64,000 bases of DNA from the human T2T-CHM13v2.0 reference genome, Homo sapiens. Shown here piece after piece: positions 63,411-64,000 of the stretch (position 1 is the first letter of the stretch; every line of letters begins with the position of its first letter). The stretch is taken from NCBI RefSeq assembly GCF_009914755.1, contig NC_060925.1. One strand, 5' to 3'. The notes beneath the pieces are model-generated. The model saw only the letters and a program-made list of their open reading frames with translations. It was not told where the DNA came from and did no database searches. The translations under genes were made by a program, and so were the position numbers.

Positions 63411-64000
63411 GAGACACTAAAATTTTATATTGCATTTTTTACTTCATTAGGAGCATAAGATACTTCATTAAGGTTACAATGTGTTTATATCATGGTTTGT
63501 TTCCTTTGGGGAAATTTGGCAAAACTACCAAATCTAAGAATTGCTCAGTTCTGGGAATAGAAAATTTCATTTTTTTCTACAAGATTAGCTTCATCTAGAA
63601 AAGACAAAGAACTATATAGGAATTCAAAATAATAAGGGATGAAGGCATTAGAAGAAAGATCTAGTGGTGAAGATGTGGTCTGCTTGGCTTAAAGGTGCAG
63701 GGTCTGAATGGAAAGACAAGATATCATGAGCTTCAGGTGGACTTTGAATCAGGTCTGGAGGAACACTGGGTTAGAAGGGCCTGTCTGGAGGTGGGAAAAT
63801 GCCAGTTCTGATTTACAGCTCTGGGAGCCCTGGAGATGGGAGGATGAGCCCCTCCCTAAAGGTTGTTGAGGGGTTGGGAGTAGGACAGAGAACTATTAGA
63901 GGAGTGTCAAGAAGAGGTTTAAAATGATGAAAGAAAGTGCTGAAAGAGTATAATGGAAAGAATTCCTGCCATAAGAATGGAGGCCATAATGGCAGGAAGC

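Overview
This is primate (most likely human) intergenic DNA, and most of it is interspersed repeat. It holds two near-full-length minus-strand LINE-1s (L1PB1-like at ~12.5-19.1 kb, L1PA6/7-like at 35.2-41.3 kb), older L1M, L2, L3 and MIR fragments, seven Alus, several solo LTRs and DNA-transposon remnants. The only gene-derived sequence I can support is a full-length processed copy of the PNRC2 mRNA (minus strand, 47737-50132) inserted into an old L1. It has a poly(A) tail, an ATTAAA signal and a 15-bp target-site duplication (TSD). It still carries an intact 139-aa PNRC2 ORF and an intact 56-aa upstream ORF. The non-repeat segments contain a convergent CTCF motif pair in a CpG-rich patch (~30.1-30.25 kb), two canonical NF-kB sites 38 bp apart (~31.65 kb) and a diverged ~140-bp duplication with an invariant 22-nt core (24.4 and 25.85 kb). 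Several repair or retrotransposition scars are readable by eye: a templated 24-nt insertion, a 40-bp fold-back duplication, a zero-spacer inverted Alu pair and a reused insertion site. I cannot demonstrate a new biological system from sequence alone; the best leads are the two-ORF retrocopy and the regulatory cluster. Repeat subfamily names come from memory of consensus sequences, and boundaries without a TSD are approximate.
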